From assembly GCF_009914755.1 (NCBI RefSeq), contig NC_060933.1: a stretch of DNA of 64,000 nt; one strand, 5' to 3'. Positions 15,831 to 29,869 of the stretch are shown here, in pieces; the first letter of the stretch is position 1, and every line of letters begins with the position of its first letter. The notes beneath the pieces were generated by a model, which made no database searches, had not been told where the DNA came from, and saw only the letters and a list, made by a program, of their open reading frames with translations. Made by a program: the position numbers and the translations under genes. This stretch comes from the human T2T-CHM13v2.0 reference genome, Homo sapiens.

Positions 15831-16229
15831 TGAAAATAAAAGTAATCTAACCTAGGTTTTAGCTGGGGTCATTCCGTCACTTAAGAGTTCCTTGATTCTC
15901 ATTCCCTGTATTTTGGTCAGTCCAGTATCCTTCCCATGAATGTGATAATTCTCAAGGAACTTACAGTTTTATTTTATGTCTGGCTGTGAACACCTCCTTC
16001 TGCTGAATTAGTTCAGTTTAGGAAAAGTTCACAGTCTGGAATGTGTTCTTTCTATTTTGTGTCACATTTTCACTAGTCGTAAGACTGAGCCCTCTTCCTT
16101 ACTTTGCACATGCACGTGTGCGTGCACACACACACGACTCATAACACTGCTTCAGTGAGCAAGCAAGACTTAATGGAAGTTTTGAGAGATGGAGAAATAC
16201 GTTACAGCAAACCTGAGAACTCCGTTTTC

Positions 16230-17095
<866 letters not shown>

Positions 17096-17448
17096 GTCAA
17101 AGCTGAAAAATGAGAAACCTTATTTCTTAAAATATAGCCCCCAGCATCTTAACAGCCTCCTCTTTCCCCAGCCCACTGCCATGATATGTGGCTTTCAAAG
17201 ATCATTTTCCTTCTGCCTGTCTCCTTTGCCACTTCTGTTTCTCCTGTGCCTCTTCCTTCTCAAGAACATATTGCAGCTACATCACTCAGGACTTGCAAAA
17301 CCTTGTGGAAGGCATCATCTTGTTATTATAAAATGGGAATTAAAATGGTGCCTCCACAAGAATATCACAGTGAAAGTTATCAATACATGTAAGTCATCTA
17401 GACCAGGCCTGGCACATAGTAAGTACTCACTTAAGAGTCAAGGAAACA

Positions 17449-17542
17449 GGCCGGGCTTTGGGACATGGGAGGATCACTTGAAGCCAAGAGTTTGAGACCA
17501 GTCTGATCAACATAGCAAGATACCATATAAAGAAAAAAAAAA
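17449..17542 (+). mobile_element. FLAM-type Alu monomer with internal deletion
   Basis: ggccgggc joined directly to tttggga; ggatcacttgaagccaagagtttgagaccag; A-tail; degenerate TSD aagagtcaaggaaacag / aagaatcatggaaatag. Confidence 0.8.
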
Positions 17543-20481
17543 GAATCATGGAAATAGCAAAATAAACTTCTCTTATTTTTAATGCAAAACGATTCAAATC
17601 TTTCCCAGACCTAAGACCAGGTCAGCTCCAGCCCACTTTTAATTATCTAAACCCATGAAGACACACCTCAGAACAAAAGGGCCTTTCATCTGAATAAGAC
17701 CCAACCTCTTACCAGGTATCCACAGTTGTAAAGGCCAATTAATTTCCCAGCCACATAAGTTATCACCACAAAATATTAATGCTATGAGAACAGATGTGCA
17801 AGAGATGATGGGGAGAGCACATAAGATATAACCCATAACAGGGGCTGGCAAAATCTTCTGCAAAGAATCAATGGTTATCTGAGAACTGGAGAATAAGTAG
17901 GAATTGCATGATGAAGAGGGAGGAAATTTCCAGGCCAAACACTATGTGAAAGGCCAAGGATTGAGAATAAGGTGTGTTCCCACCTCTGAAAATGGAGCTC
18001 ATTTTGTACCATGAGGTTGGAGCAAAGGTTTGAGGGATGCAGGGGACAGATAAACCAGGAACATGATCTGGGGCCAAATCTTGGAACTTTGTAATCTGAA
18101 TGCAGTATTTTGATGTTATCTCAAAGGCAAGGGGAAGAAGTCACTGAACATGTTAGGTCTGGTAATACTGTAATCATGTAGGATTTGCCTCGCTGGAAGA
18201 TTATTGTGAATGCAGAGCAGAGATCAGACTCATGCGACAAGACGAATGGCAGATAAACCCACTAGGAGGCCATCAAGGAAGGTATCTGGGCAAGACAGAG
18301 AAGTGTCAGTGGAGAAGAATGAAGGATGTGAGCCCCTACAAACTTTATTAAGAAATTTCTATGTGAGCTTTCAGAGAAACTCTTCATCCTACATCTACCA
18401 CTGTAGTTCATAATGATCTTTTTGGGAGTCAGACGTATCCCCACCTTAAGACACTGCCATCTTCCAGAAAACCATTTGATTCACTTGCAAAAAGATAAGT
18501 CCATGCTTAACAATAAGAGTATCTCCTGGACATAACTTGTATGTAAACGCCTCTGCCTCCTTTCATGTACAGGGGCCACTTCTGGGGCCAATTCTTCCTT
18601 ATGCATGTCCCTCTCTACAGGCCTCCCTACTTCTACGTTAATCCAAGCCCCGAAAGAAATATTTGGCAACTAATGTGAGTGAATCAAATAATTCATGTTA
18701 CATTCTATTAATTTTGGCAAATCTAATTTGTCTTGGTTATGGGTGGCAGCTATCTGGAACTTCAAACCCTGAAAATCCTTTGTGTGCATGGAATTGATAG
18801 AATTCTACTTGTGAACCCAGGTTCCTAAGGCCATTCTCCCACCTAATTCTACTCTGAATTCTTGTCTTTTGTATCCGTGTTCTGTTATAAAAGGTAATCT
18901 TCTTCCTCTTAAAATGTTCTGTTTATACCAAAGTGGATGGGGAACAGCCCAGTGTCTAGCTTGCCTGGCTAAAGTTTGGGTTAAAGCCAAGAACCTCAAA
19001 TCTGACTCGGAAAAGTGGAGCTGTATGTTGTGAATGGCGGTCAACAGACAGGGGACCCAGTTCAAGGTTCCAATCCTCCCCTGGTAATGTTCATGACTTT
19101 GGTAAATCTTTGCACCCACTAAACGTTAATTAAAGCACAGAGGTTGGATAAAATCAGTCATCTTTAAACTCAACCTAAACCATTGCTTCAAATGAAATCT
19201 TACCAGGACTTCTTCTGCTCAATAATTAATACTAATTAGGGCCGCTTTGGCAGTAGGGGTGGGGTCTGGATTCTGTGAATTTAGCTTCATTTTTCTCACC
19301 TTATCAGCCCTGAATTTTCAAACCTTGACCAGATCACCTTGAAGATTTCTGCCCACTCAAAATGTCTGTGGTGATACTGGTTGTACTTTACATTCTAGAA
19401 CATTAAGTGCAAACGATTTCTCCAACTTCAATGTTTACCACTGTGCGTATGCCATGGTAGTATTATATGATTTCTGTTCTTATTAACTCTATCTCTAGAT
19501 CCCTGTGCAATATGATTTAACAAATACTTATAAATTGTAATAATAATAATGTTATGTTTGAATAGCATTTGACAGTTTATTAAAACTTTTCACCTTATTT
19601 TATTTAACCCTCTTAACAACCTGTGTTATGTATAATTATCCCCCATTTTTGACAGCTGAGAAAACTGGGGTGTAAAAATATTTAAGGGATTTATCCAAAG
19701 CATAAAAATAGAATTTTGTCGTGTGTTATTGTCATTTGTGTCCATGTTCAAACCTGCTCTGTCCCACGAAGGATTTGCAATAATTTAAAGAAAATTACCT
19801 TTCCACAGAGTATAACACCTTTACAATATCTTTTCTTCTTAATCTTACAATAAAAAACGTGTGGAAATAATTAGATATTGAGACTACTGAAAATTAACAT
19901 CAAGATAGACGTTCAAGGCTAGTGGTAAGGAAAGAGAAAAATCCACCAGCTGTAAGACACCTAAGTACTGTGCGGAAGAAGAACTGAAGCCAAGGTCTTC
20001 TGCTTAGTGTGCAGGGCTTGTTCTAGTCCACAATATCTGCCTTTCTTATACAGTGCCCTGTTCTAGCGCAACTGGGCATAGAGAGATGAGAAAATCTGTA
20101 TTCTAATCCTCTAATGAAGATGCATGGGACTGCATTGCTGAGGGCCTCATGTCCTTGGGGGTACAGAGATAGTCTTATTTATTTCAATAACTAACAACCA
20201 GTTCTGCTCCTTCTGACCCCTTCCCCTGCTGGATCATCAGTTCTATTAAAGAATCTCAGTTCAATCCCATAACCTTTTAATCTCTTTTGGGTGTTAGAAT
20301 AGTCTTATACCGATTCTTTAGGATTCAGTCCCATTCTTAAAACCTAAATCTCACACTTGATACATGCCATATCCTCTTCTTCCACCCAGGGTGGATGGGC
20401 AGGAGTCTCTCGAGCCCATCCGGCAAGTGGTTGCTCTCTTGCGCCTTCCCTCCCTCTATGGAGCTTGCTCCTCTGCGTCAG

Positions 20482-21238
20482 TGATACAAGAGGGAGGCCG
20501 GAAGCGCTGGGTAGAGAAGGGTGGGTTCCTGGCGAGGGTTCCGTCCCCGGGCCTGTGCCCATGGACCTAGGTGAGGACAGGCATTTCTGTTTTCGTGCCC
20601 AAATGTTGCATTTCCCAAGACCACCCTGGCCCACCACACCCCCATCCTGTGCCTATAAAAACTCCGAGACCCTAGTAGGCACAGACACAAGTGGCTGGAC
20701 GTTGAGAGGAACGCACTGGCATGAGAGCACACTGATAGGTGCTGGCTGGCGGAAATACGCAGAGTTTGGCCGGGGAAGTTGGAGGAGAGCCCAGCCTCTG
20801 AGCGGCCCGACTCCAGGAGAAAACCACCTTCCCACTCCATCTCCCTTCTGACTCCATCTGCTGAGAACTACTTCCACTCAGTAAAACCTTGCACTCATTC
20901 TCCAAGCACAGGTGTGACCTACTCTTCTGGTACACCAAGGCAAGAAACCCCGGGATACAGAAAGCCCTCTATCCTTGCGATAAGGCAGGGGTCTAATTGA
21001 GCTGACTAACACAAGCCACCTACGGACAGCAAAACGAAAAGAGCACACAGTAACACAAGCCTACTGGGGCTTCAGGAGCTGTAAGCATTCACCCCTAGAC
21101 ACTGCCGTGGGGTCAGAACCCCACAACCTGTCTGTCTGCCTGCTCCCCCTAGAGGTTTGAGCAGCAGGACACTGAAGAAGCGAGTCACACCCCCATCGCA
21201 TGCCCTGCGAAGGAGACAAGGGAACTTTTACGGTTTCA
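20482..21238 (+). mobile_element. ERV1 solo LTR, LTR1 family, full length (757 bp)
   Basis: TG...CA termini, perfect 4-bp TSD TCAG (20478-20481 and 21239-21242), TATAAAA at 20654-20660, LTR1-type blocks (gttgcatttcccaagaccaccctggccc, gggatacagaaagccctct). Confidence 0.9.
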
Positions 21239-22839
21239 TCAGAACCCTTTCCTGATTGTCTGCAACAAGGTTGTCCTCCTTTATTTGGTTGCCGTTGCTT
21301 CTCTCTCTCACCCTGGCCAGCATCCATTTCCTCTGTTGGAAAGGTGTTCAGTTTCCGGATTAGCCTTCCGGGTTCCCTCACTGATTGTCTGAAGGGCCCA
21401 TGCTGACCTCCCCCTGCACAGCTCCTGGAAGTGGGTCTGCAACTTCAGTGTGACCTCTTCCTCCTGTCTCTTGACAACTCCATAAATGGCCCGCCCTGCA
21501 CCCTCTTGCTGTTGGGATTCCCTTGCTCAGCAGGCAGCCCAGTGGGGTGTTGGGGTGGAATTAATACAAATCAGAAAGCTTAAGCCTCAGAGGCTTTAGC
21601 ATTGCAGGCTTGATCCACAGGAAATGCACTTTGCTAGGCAGGCTGCCGCCTGGTGCCCCGACTCAGGCTCCACCATCTCCTGACTGTCTCATTTTTCAAG
21701 GATCATTAGTGTCTCCACTGCTTCAATAGCTTGGTAACTTTCGGGCAAGAAACAATCACCAGTCTGCCACTGAGGGGAAGAGAAAAACAGTTTAGGCACT
21801 TAAATGTTTATAGAGAAATAAGGAGAAGGGCCCCTCTTCCCAAACTGCATTCCCCTCAAAGCCAACTTCCCCCTCTCTCCTCAGACCTCTTCTACAGTGA
21901 GGACAGCAGGTGAAGCAAAGGTTATGGTGATGGAGATGGATTTTCTCAAATACACCTTCTCCACAAGCATGAGGTGAGTCATGAGCAAAAAGTCAAGAAG
22001 CACGATGCTTACTCCAAAAAGTCTGGAAGTTGTACCAGGTGCTTAGTACAATCCCTAAAAAAAAATCAGGAAAAGTCCTTCTGAGGAAGAAACTACACCT
22101 CTTACAAATGCCTGGAATAAATATTAAAATTAACTACAAAGGTAAAGCAATGGAAGATTAAATTTCATTCCAAAAACCTTCAGCCAGAGTAATTTTGGTC
22201 TTAAATTTAGTCAAGCACAACATTTAAGAGGTTGGCAAAAAGCTCAACAAACAAGATAAGTAATACTTTAGGGCAATATTTTTTTTAATCCAAAATGAGG
22301 CAAAAAATCAATATGAACAAAACATTAGAATTTTAAATAAAGAAGTATCAGTAGGACTGACTTTTTCTGTTTTGCCTCAGGCTCCAATATGGTGTGGCAT
22401 GGCACCGATTAAGGGATGTATTTTACTTTACTGGGAAAAAAATAAAATGAATAGAGATGAAGGAGCTCTGGATCCAAATGCCAGCTGGTCTCTTGTCCGT
22501 CACAAGTGGGTGAAGAATTGAAAACAGAGGCTGAAGTGAAAGAGAAAACACTTTAGCACAGATATCCAATGCAGCAGGGTTCTCCTGAGGCTGGGGAATA
22601 CAGGTGAAAGTTTCTGGACAGTCCATGAATATTGCAGATTTTCTGTTTACCATCTTGTCCCTAATTCCCCCATCTCTACCATCTTTGTCTATCTGACTCA
22701 TGACTCGCCTCATATAAGACCAAAGCAATTGCTTCTTGTCTCATAACCACTGGACCTATATATTTCTGGATTATCCATGTCTGAGCAGGTCCCCATACAC
22801 AATAAGTCCTCAACTCTTATGTGTTTTTATTTAAAAATA

Positions 22840-23180
22840 AATCAAAAGGAAGATCCTGAGTTACCAGAACTTAGGAGCTGGCACCACTCAGACCTCTCTG
22901 AGGGTGCAGAGCTGTGCAGCTGAATGCTGGAGGTGAGACCTTCTCCTGCCCTCCATTCTTGCAGTGAGGCTGGCAGGAACTGGAAACAAGAAGGAAGCCA
23001 CTTCACCCCTTTTCTTGCCTCCCAATCTCCCTCAAGGGCCTCCTGTTGGCAGAACTAATTGGAAGCCAGCTGACAAGTGGATCTGGGAAAGGTAATTTGC
23101 AGACCCCAGCCACCGTATCGCTGGGCAGAGCATAGAATAGTCAGCTTGGAGTGTGAGAGACAACAGCTAAAGAAACAGCC
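22840..23180 (-). mobile_element. Old LTR fragment (LTR33/LTR41/LTR78-like)
   Basis: cctcctgttggcagaactaattggaagccagctgacaag...ctgggaaaggtaatttgcag...gagagacaacag; exact family uncertain. Confidence 0.5.
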
Positions 23181-26100
23181 CATGCAAAGGGGAGGAGGGT
23201 ACAGCAAGTAGGAGTGGAGGGAAAAAAAACCTGGAGAAAAAGCAAAACGATCAGTTCAAATGCATGCCCCTGGGTGGCTAAAGCCTATAGTTCTTGGGGA
23301 GAAAGAAGAGGATATAGCAAATTTATAAGACTGGGAAGGGAAACTGAGTTCACGTGGTAGAGAGTCTTGAATGCTATATTAAAGAGCTTTAATTATTTAG
23401 TTACTGGAGAATCACAGAAGATTTTTGAGCTAAAAAAATAACATGCTCAGACCATGTGTAAGTAGGATAAACATGTGTTCTGGCGGCCACCACTGGATGT
23501 GCTATGCAAGCTAGGTTTCCTGACCCATGATTTCTATAGCTTCAATTCCTTCAACAGCCAGAACTTTGAGATTAGCCATGCTGGGTGGATGTCGAGTAGG
23601 ATGTTATGGGCACAGAAGCAGAAGGGAGGGTGCGAAGCTCCAGGCTTAGTCCATGGGAATACAAAAGGGCGGAAGGACAGAGTACTGTGCAGTTTGTTTA
23701 CTGAAGGATTCTGGCCTTTTTCATGTAAACAGGTAAAGTATATGGTGTCAAGGAAAATTGCAGCACTAAACTTTTTTATAAGTACTGCTGTCTCCACAAT
23801 AGATGTTACCCTGCAAAAAACGTTTTTGAGGACATGACTGTCATGTATCTTCAAGTTCCCAGAACTTCAGTTTCATTGAAAAATAATAAATGACTCGGAG
23901 AAAGGTTCAATCATTTATTCTTTGCAGTCACAGTCAGCCATTTAAAATGTTTTCTTTTAGATTAAACACATATTTATATAAACATGAATTCATGGGCTGA
24001 CCAGGCTAAAAAAAAAAGTACTTTTATTTTAAAGGGAATAGTCCTTTCTACTATTTCCCTCTTTCCTCGCTGCTCATACAAGTGTGTTGTTATCTATTTT
24101 TTTCTGTTATATATACACATGCAAGAAAAACTGCAAACTCCAAATTCTTCAACTAGGGTCACTGGACTCACTGGGATCTTTGCAGCTTCAGTCAGTAGGA
24201 CTGCTTCTATCTTTAAATGAGACAATTTTCCAGTAGGAGAACAGGTGAAAAAGAAAAAAATATAGTGTTAAAGTATAGTTTTCTGGATGGAAGGTTTCCT
24301 TTATTCCAATTTACTACTTGTCAAAGTCATTTTTGTCAGTAGACATGAAATAATTAATCAAGGAAACTGTATCATCTAATTAACTTGAAGAGTATCAACA
24401 TAATGGGGCAGCCACTCAGCACAGTAAAATGGTGAGATGTTGCCTCTTTGCTAGTTCAGGGAAGAGAACTGTGGAGGCAGGAAGGGAAGAATTTTCTGTC
24501 CTGCCAGAGGGTGTGCATCATTTATCATGCTGACTGGGCTGTCATATCAGTGGGAGGACCCTGGAGAGCCCTGACCATGAGATTGAAGGTTGGTGCCAAC
24601 TTACAGCAACACAAATGCATTGAACAGGAAAGAGATAGATCCCAATCTCTTCAATTTTCTTACATTACCCTGAAGGCCAGGGAATTAAATGAAACAGTAG
24701 CTGATGACAACTTTAGAGGGTCCTAAATGCATGACAGGAAAAGTATTAAAATAGCTCAATAGTTTTATTGTATATGTGCGTTAATCTTGCCCCTGAATGA
24801 GGAACAAGAGCAGAAAATGCTGCCTTTTGGTTTTACCTATTCCTCAGTGGGAAAATGGTATACAAATTATTTTTCCCTGCAGAAATTCTTATTGGGCAAA
24901 ATAGGAGAAATGGAAAACAAGAAGAAGAAGGCAAAATGAGCTTGAAGACACTCTGTCAAGCACATTATCGAGATGCTGTGACTCACAATTTGTTGGTGTG
25001 TATTTAATGACTTATAGTGAATCCATTATTCTCCTCCCACCAGTAGTGTACGTCAGAAGAATATATTTTTTAAAAACTAAAATTAACCCCTGATCACATT
25101 GGGTGAAATTGTCTCTTTACTTAAGTACAGGTCCTGTGAATTCATACATGTGGTCAGTTTGCATAGGACTAAAACTTCCAAGCCATTCAAGAAATACTGA
25201 GAAAGTATGCAGCCAAACAAGTCCCTCTAGGCAGATCTTCCCAGAAGCATATTCCATTTTTCAATTTACCAACTCATTGTTGAGTGCCTTCTAAATTTCA
25301 GGAACCAGACTAGGTATTAGACACACAAGATTCAATATATTGTTGTTTGTGTTCTTAAGGGTAGCGTATTAAAGGGCAGTGATATAAGAGACAATTAAGA
25401 GCTTCAGTTTTGCTGTCAAAAAACCTATTTCTAACCCTAATGTAGACACTTAGCTGTGGTATGAATTTGGACAAGTTATCCTGCTAATCTTTTATCCTCT
25501 TCTGAATAACCAGGAGTAAAGATAGTTTCTTTCCTACAGAATAAATGCGAGCATTAAAGAAGAGCATGTGAATATTTTAACATGATGTATAGTATATAGT
25601 AAGCATTCAACAAATGTTTGCTTTTATTGGCTATTAATATAATGTGTTAAGACTTATGGGGACACAGATGAAGAAGCCTCTAATTCTGTAGGGGAAGGAA
25701 AGATGAAGTAAGAAGGTATAATATTTGAGCTGTGATTTAAAATATGAATAAAATTTCCCTGCCAGAAATAATGATCTTAAGATCCTGAGTATATCAATTC
25801 AACTCAACTAACTCAGTCAAGCAGTTCTCTCTCTTGGTTACAGCATGGGGATCAGAGGTCAAAACAGAGTAAAAATTAGAGCTTCTGGACCTGATGGACA
25901 AATGTCACTTCACACAAAGAGAAAATTACTATTCCATGACCATAGGCCATACCCCCAAACTTGATTTAATGCACACTGATGATCAGTAGCAGTTTGAGAG
26001 TTAATAAGGGTAAGTTAAACTCATAGAGAGTTTAGAAGTATCAAAAATAGCTAAAGATCCCAAGTATTATCTTTCTGCAACACTTGAGAGTACCAAACTA

Positions 26101-26399
26101 ATAAGCAAAAGACACTTTATTTTTATTTAAAACTAAAGTCATAGAAAATTTCAAACTGAAGCATACAACATCCAATTTCTTCAACAAATATTTCCTGAAT
26201 AGCTTTTATGTACCAGGTACTATGCCAAGCCCTGTGGATGCAAAAATAAAAATGACATAACCCAAGATCTGGAACTTCATTTTAGAAGGAAAATAAAAAT
26301 GAGTTAGTGCTAGTTAATAATATGTAAAATTATGGTGCAGACAAGTTCCATTTCATTTTATGAAAACCCAAGAGAAAATATTGGGCGTACTTTCTAATG

Positions 26400-28870
26400 A
26401 TGCAGAAAAGCAAGAAAAGAAATTGATCAAGGAAATAACTGATAGACTTAATAACACAAGAATAAAAAACTTCCATGAGTTATAAAAAAGAGATCATTAA
26501 TAAAAATATAATACAAGTAGATTATAAAGGGTTAATATCTATTATCAACTTCTTTGTATTGATGAGACACAATTTCATACCTATGAAACTCCATTAGAGT
26601 CAAAAGAGAGAAAACACCAAAAGCTTGAAAACTACTTTGTGAAAAAGATCAACCTCACTAGTAATCAAATAAATGCAAATTAAAATGAGGCACCATTTTT
26701 GTCTATCAAATTAGCCAGAGAAAATAAAGGCTAACCTCATGTACTGATGAGGATGTGGTGAGAGAGATGTTTTCATACACTGCCGGTTGTCAATAAACTG
26801 TAGTGACCTTTCTGAAAAGTTAATCTGGCAATGTATATTGAGAATTTTAAAACTGATTCCACTCCTTGGTACTACTAATTTAACTATTAATATGTATCTT
26901 GAGAAATTGTTGAGAAGATTTATATGCCAAAAAATCCCAACTTTTTTATAATAGTAAAAAATACATTAAAAATAACAACAACAGAAATATTTCCAACAGG
27001 AAGATAATTAAATTATGGTACTTTTCATGCTGTGATATACACCCTTTGACAATGCCTTTCAAAGAAGGTAGTGATTTTAGAAAGGTTCATGATACAGTAT
27101 TTCAAAGGAAAAAGACAAGTAAATGGAGATTTTGGTCAGCAAACTAAGTCAAGAAAAATAAAATGTTATTATTATTCAGAGACAACATGACTACCTATTA
27201 TTGAAACTCTAAAATAATCTTAAACATATTATTAATTAATAAAAGAATTTACCAAGATTGTTGGGTATGAAATCAATATACAAATACCAAAGACATTTTC
27301 ATTTTTAAGTAGTGAACATGTAGAAAAATAATTTTAGAAAAGATAACGATATGGTTTTCCTGTGTCCCCACCCAAATCGCATCTTGAGTTCCCACATGTT
27401 GTGGGAAGGACCCTGTGGGAGGCAACTGAATCACGGGGCAGGTCTTTCCAGTGCTGTTCTTGTGATAGTGAATAAATCTCATGAGATCTGATGGTTATAA
27501 AAGGGGAAGTTTCCCTGCACAAGCGCTCCTCTCTTTGCCTGCTGCCATCCACCTAAGATGTGACTTGCTTCTCCTTGCCTTTCGCCATGATCGTGAGGCT
27601 TCCCCAGCCACGTGGATCTATAAGTCCGATTAAACCTCTTTCTTTTGTAAATTGCCCAGTCTGGGATATGTCTTTATCAGCAGCATGAAAACAAACTAAT
27701 ACAGATAACATTTACAATATCAATAAAAAATTAATATACTGAGGAATAAATCTGATAAAATATGTGTAAGAACTTTGAGGAGATAATTATAAATGTGTGA
27801 TTAATACATTAAAGAAGACCTAAATAAAAGTAACGATACACTATGTTTATATCAATATGCTATGTATGTACTAGGTTTGTACTATTAGAGTGATATACCA
27901 CGTTTATAATAGTAAAATTCCTCATTGTGAAGAAGTCAGCATTCCTCAAGTTAATGTATGAAGTCAGTGAAATTTTCATTGAAATTCCAACAGGAATTTG
28001 ACAAAATGACTCAAAAGTTTGTGTGTAAAAGCAAATGGACAGGCATAACAAAAACATTCCTGAAGTAGAAAAATAGCTGGCATGGAAGATCAGTGGGAAA
28101 GAAGAACTCTAGATAAGTGGTATGGGATAGTTGGGTATCTGATAACATAATATGGAAATGAATCTATACCTCATTCCTTATGCAAAAATTAATGCCAAGT
28201 AGATAAGAGTAAAATATGAATAGCAAAACTTTAAACCCTTAAAAAAATAAGAAAATATCTTTATGCCTTCAAGCCAGGGAAAATATATTGTCCAAGACAT
28301 AAAGCCAAAAGGTATAGTGGTGGAGGGAGAGTGATATATTTAGCTACATTAAATTGAAAACTACTTTTCATCAAAAGACATCATTTTTTAAAGTTTGTTT
28401 TAAGCCACAACCTGGAAAAAGTTGTTTACAACACTACTGGCTAGCAAAAAATAATTTTTAGAATTTATAAATAACTCCTAAAATATAATTAGAAAAAGAA
28501 AACCAATCTCCAGTAGAAAAATGGCTAAAAGGACATGACTAGGTAATTCACAAACTAGGAAACAGGGATGGCGCCATTGTATGAAAAGATGCCCGTTCTT
28601 AGAAGTAGTCATAGAAATGAAAATTGATGAGATATAAATTCCAGACACTCCAGTTTGGCAAAAATTTTAAAAACTGATGATATCTAATTTTACTGAGTGT
28701 GTGGTGCAATAGAAACTCAAAACTCTGATGGGAATGAAAATTGGTTAAGTTAAATATGTGACTTAAATCAATAATAGACTACTATGCAAGAATTTAAAAG
28801 AATAATTTGACCTGCATGTACTCACATGGAATGTTCTCCAAGACATATAGTTATATAAAAAAAAACTAAC
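26400..28870 (+). mobile_element. Old L1M ORF2/3' fragments
   Basis: A-rich; caacctcactagtaatcaaataaatgcaaattaaaatgag, aaatcaatatacaaa, attaaagaagacctaaataaa, tatgcaaaaattaat. Confidence 0.75.
27347..27703 (+). mobile_element. THE1A/B solo LTR (MaLR) inserted in L1M
   Basis: gatatggtttt..tgtgtccccacccaaatc ... tatgtctttatcagcagcatgaaaacaaactaataca; TSD GATAA at 27342-27346 and 27704-27708. Confidence 0.95.
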
Positions 28871-28899
28871 GAACAATTATTACTAATATAATTTATCTA

Positions 28900-29310
28900 T
28901 TATAATTTTTGATGATAGGTTCTCTGGGTATAGAATTCTAAGTTGACTATTCTTTCTTTTCAACACTTTAAAAAATGTAACTCCATTGACTTCTGATGCC
29001 TGATGATAATGTAAAGTCTTCTATCAATTTGTCTGTCCTTCAGAAATCTTTTATTAAAACTGTTAATTTTAGATGTCTACATTTTTATTATAATGCATCT
29101 AGGTCTGGATTTGTTATTTATCTAATTAAGCAATTAGTATAAATTTTCCATCTGAAGACTCATCTTCAATACTTAAAAGTTCTCAGTCATTTCTTCTGGG
29201 ATACTGTTTTACTTACACTTCCTATTCTCTATTGCTGGAATTCCTATTAGAAATTTATTAGAGCAGCTTATTCCACTCTCCATTTTACTTAAATCCTCTT
29301 TAAAGTTTCA
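28900..29310 (-). mobile_element. Old L1M ORF1-region fragment
   Basis: ctgggtatagaattctaagttgac...caacactttaaa...ctccattgacttctg. Confidence 0.65.
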
Positions 29311-29317
29311 TCCTTTT

Positions 29318-29652
29318 GTTTTCTTTTTGAGACAAGGTCTCACTCTTCTCCCCAGGCTGGACTGCATTGCTACAATCTCAGCTCACCTCAACCTCACCTC
29401 AACTTGAGCCTCAACCTCTTAGGCTCAAGTGATCCTCCCACCTCAGCCTCCCAAGTAGCTGGGACTACAGGTGTGCACCACCATGCCCGACTAATTTTGT
29501 TTGTTTGTTTGTTTTTTGTTTTTTTTGTTTTTGGTAGAGACAGGGCTTCACCATGTTGCCCAGCCTGGTCTCAAACTCCTGAGCTCCAGCAATCCACCCA
29601 CCTTGGCCTCCCAAAGTGCTGAGACTACAGGCATGAGCCATCGCACCCTGAC
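29318..29652 (-). mobile_element. Alu, AluJ-like
   Basis: gagacaaggtctcactc...ggctcaagtgatcctcccacc...ctcctgagctc; small internal ctcacctcaac duplication. Confidence 0.9.
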
Positions 29653-29869
29653 AAATTTTATCTTTTTATTTCTCTGACACTTGTATAGGATGATTTATTT
29701 ATGATTATATAGCAATCTATTAACTCTCTCTTTGATTTCAAGTCTATCATTAATCACAACTCTTGATTTTTTTATTTAAATAACTTTTTCTGATTTATAT
29801 TCCTTTAATTACAAGCAAATATAATCAGTTTTCATCGACATTAGGGTATTTCCTTTTTTACTATAATGA

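Noticed and set aside
20357-20851. Longest ORF (164 aa)
   Set aside because: Lies mostly in the GC-rich LTR1, starts at a non-ATG codon, and overlaps open frames on both strands, as expected for GC-rich non-coding DNA
20400-21400. CpG island promoter
   Set aside because: The local GC and CpG increase is explained by the LTR1 insertion
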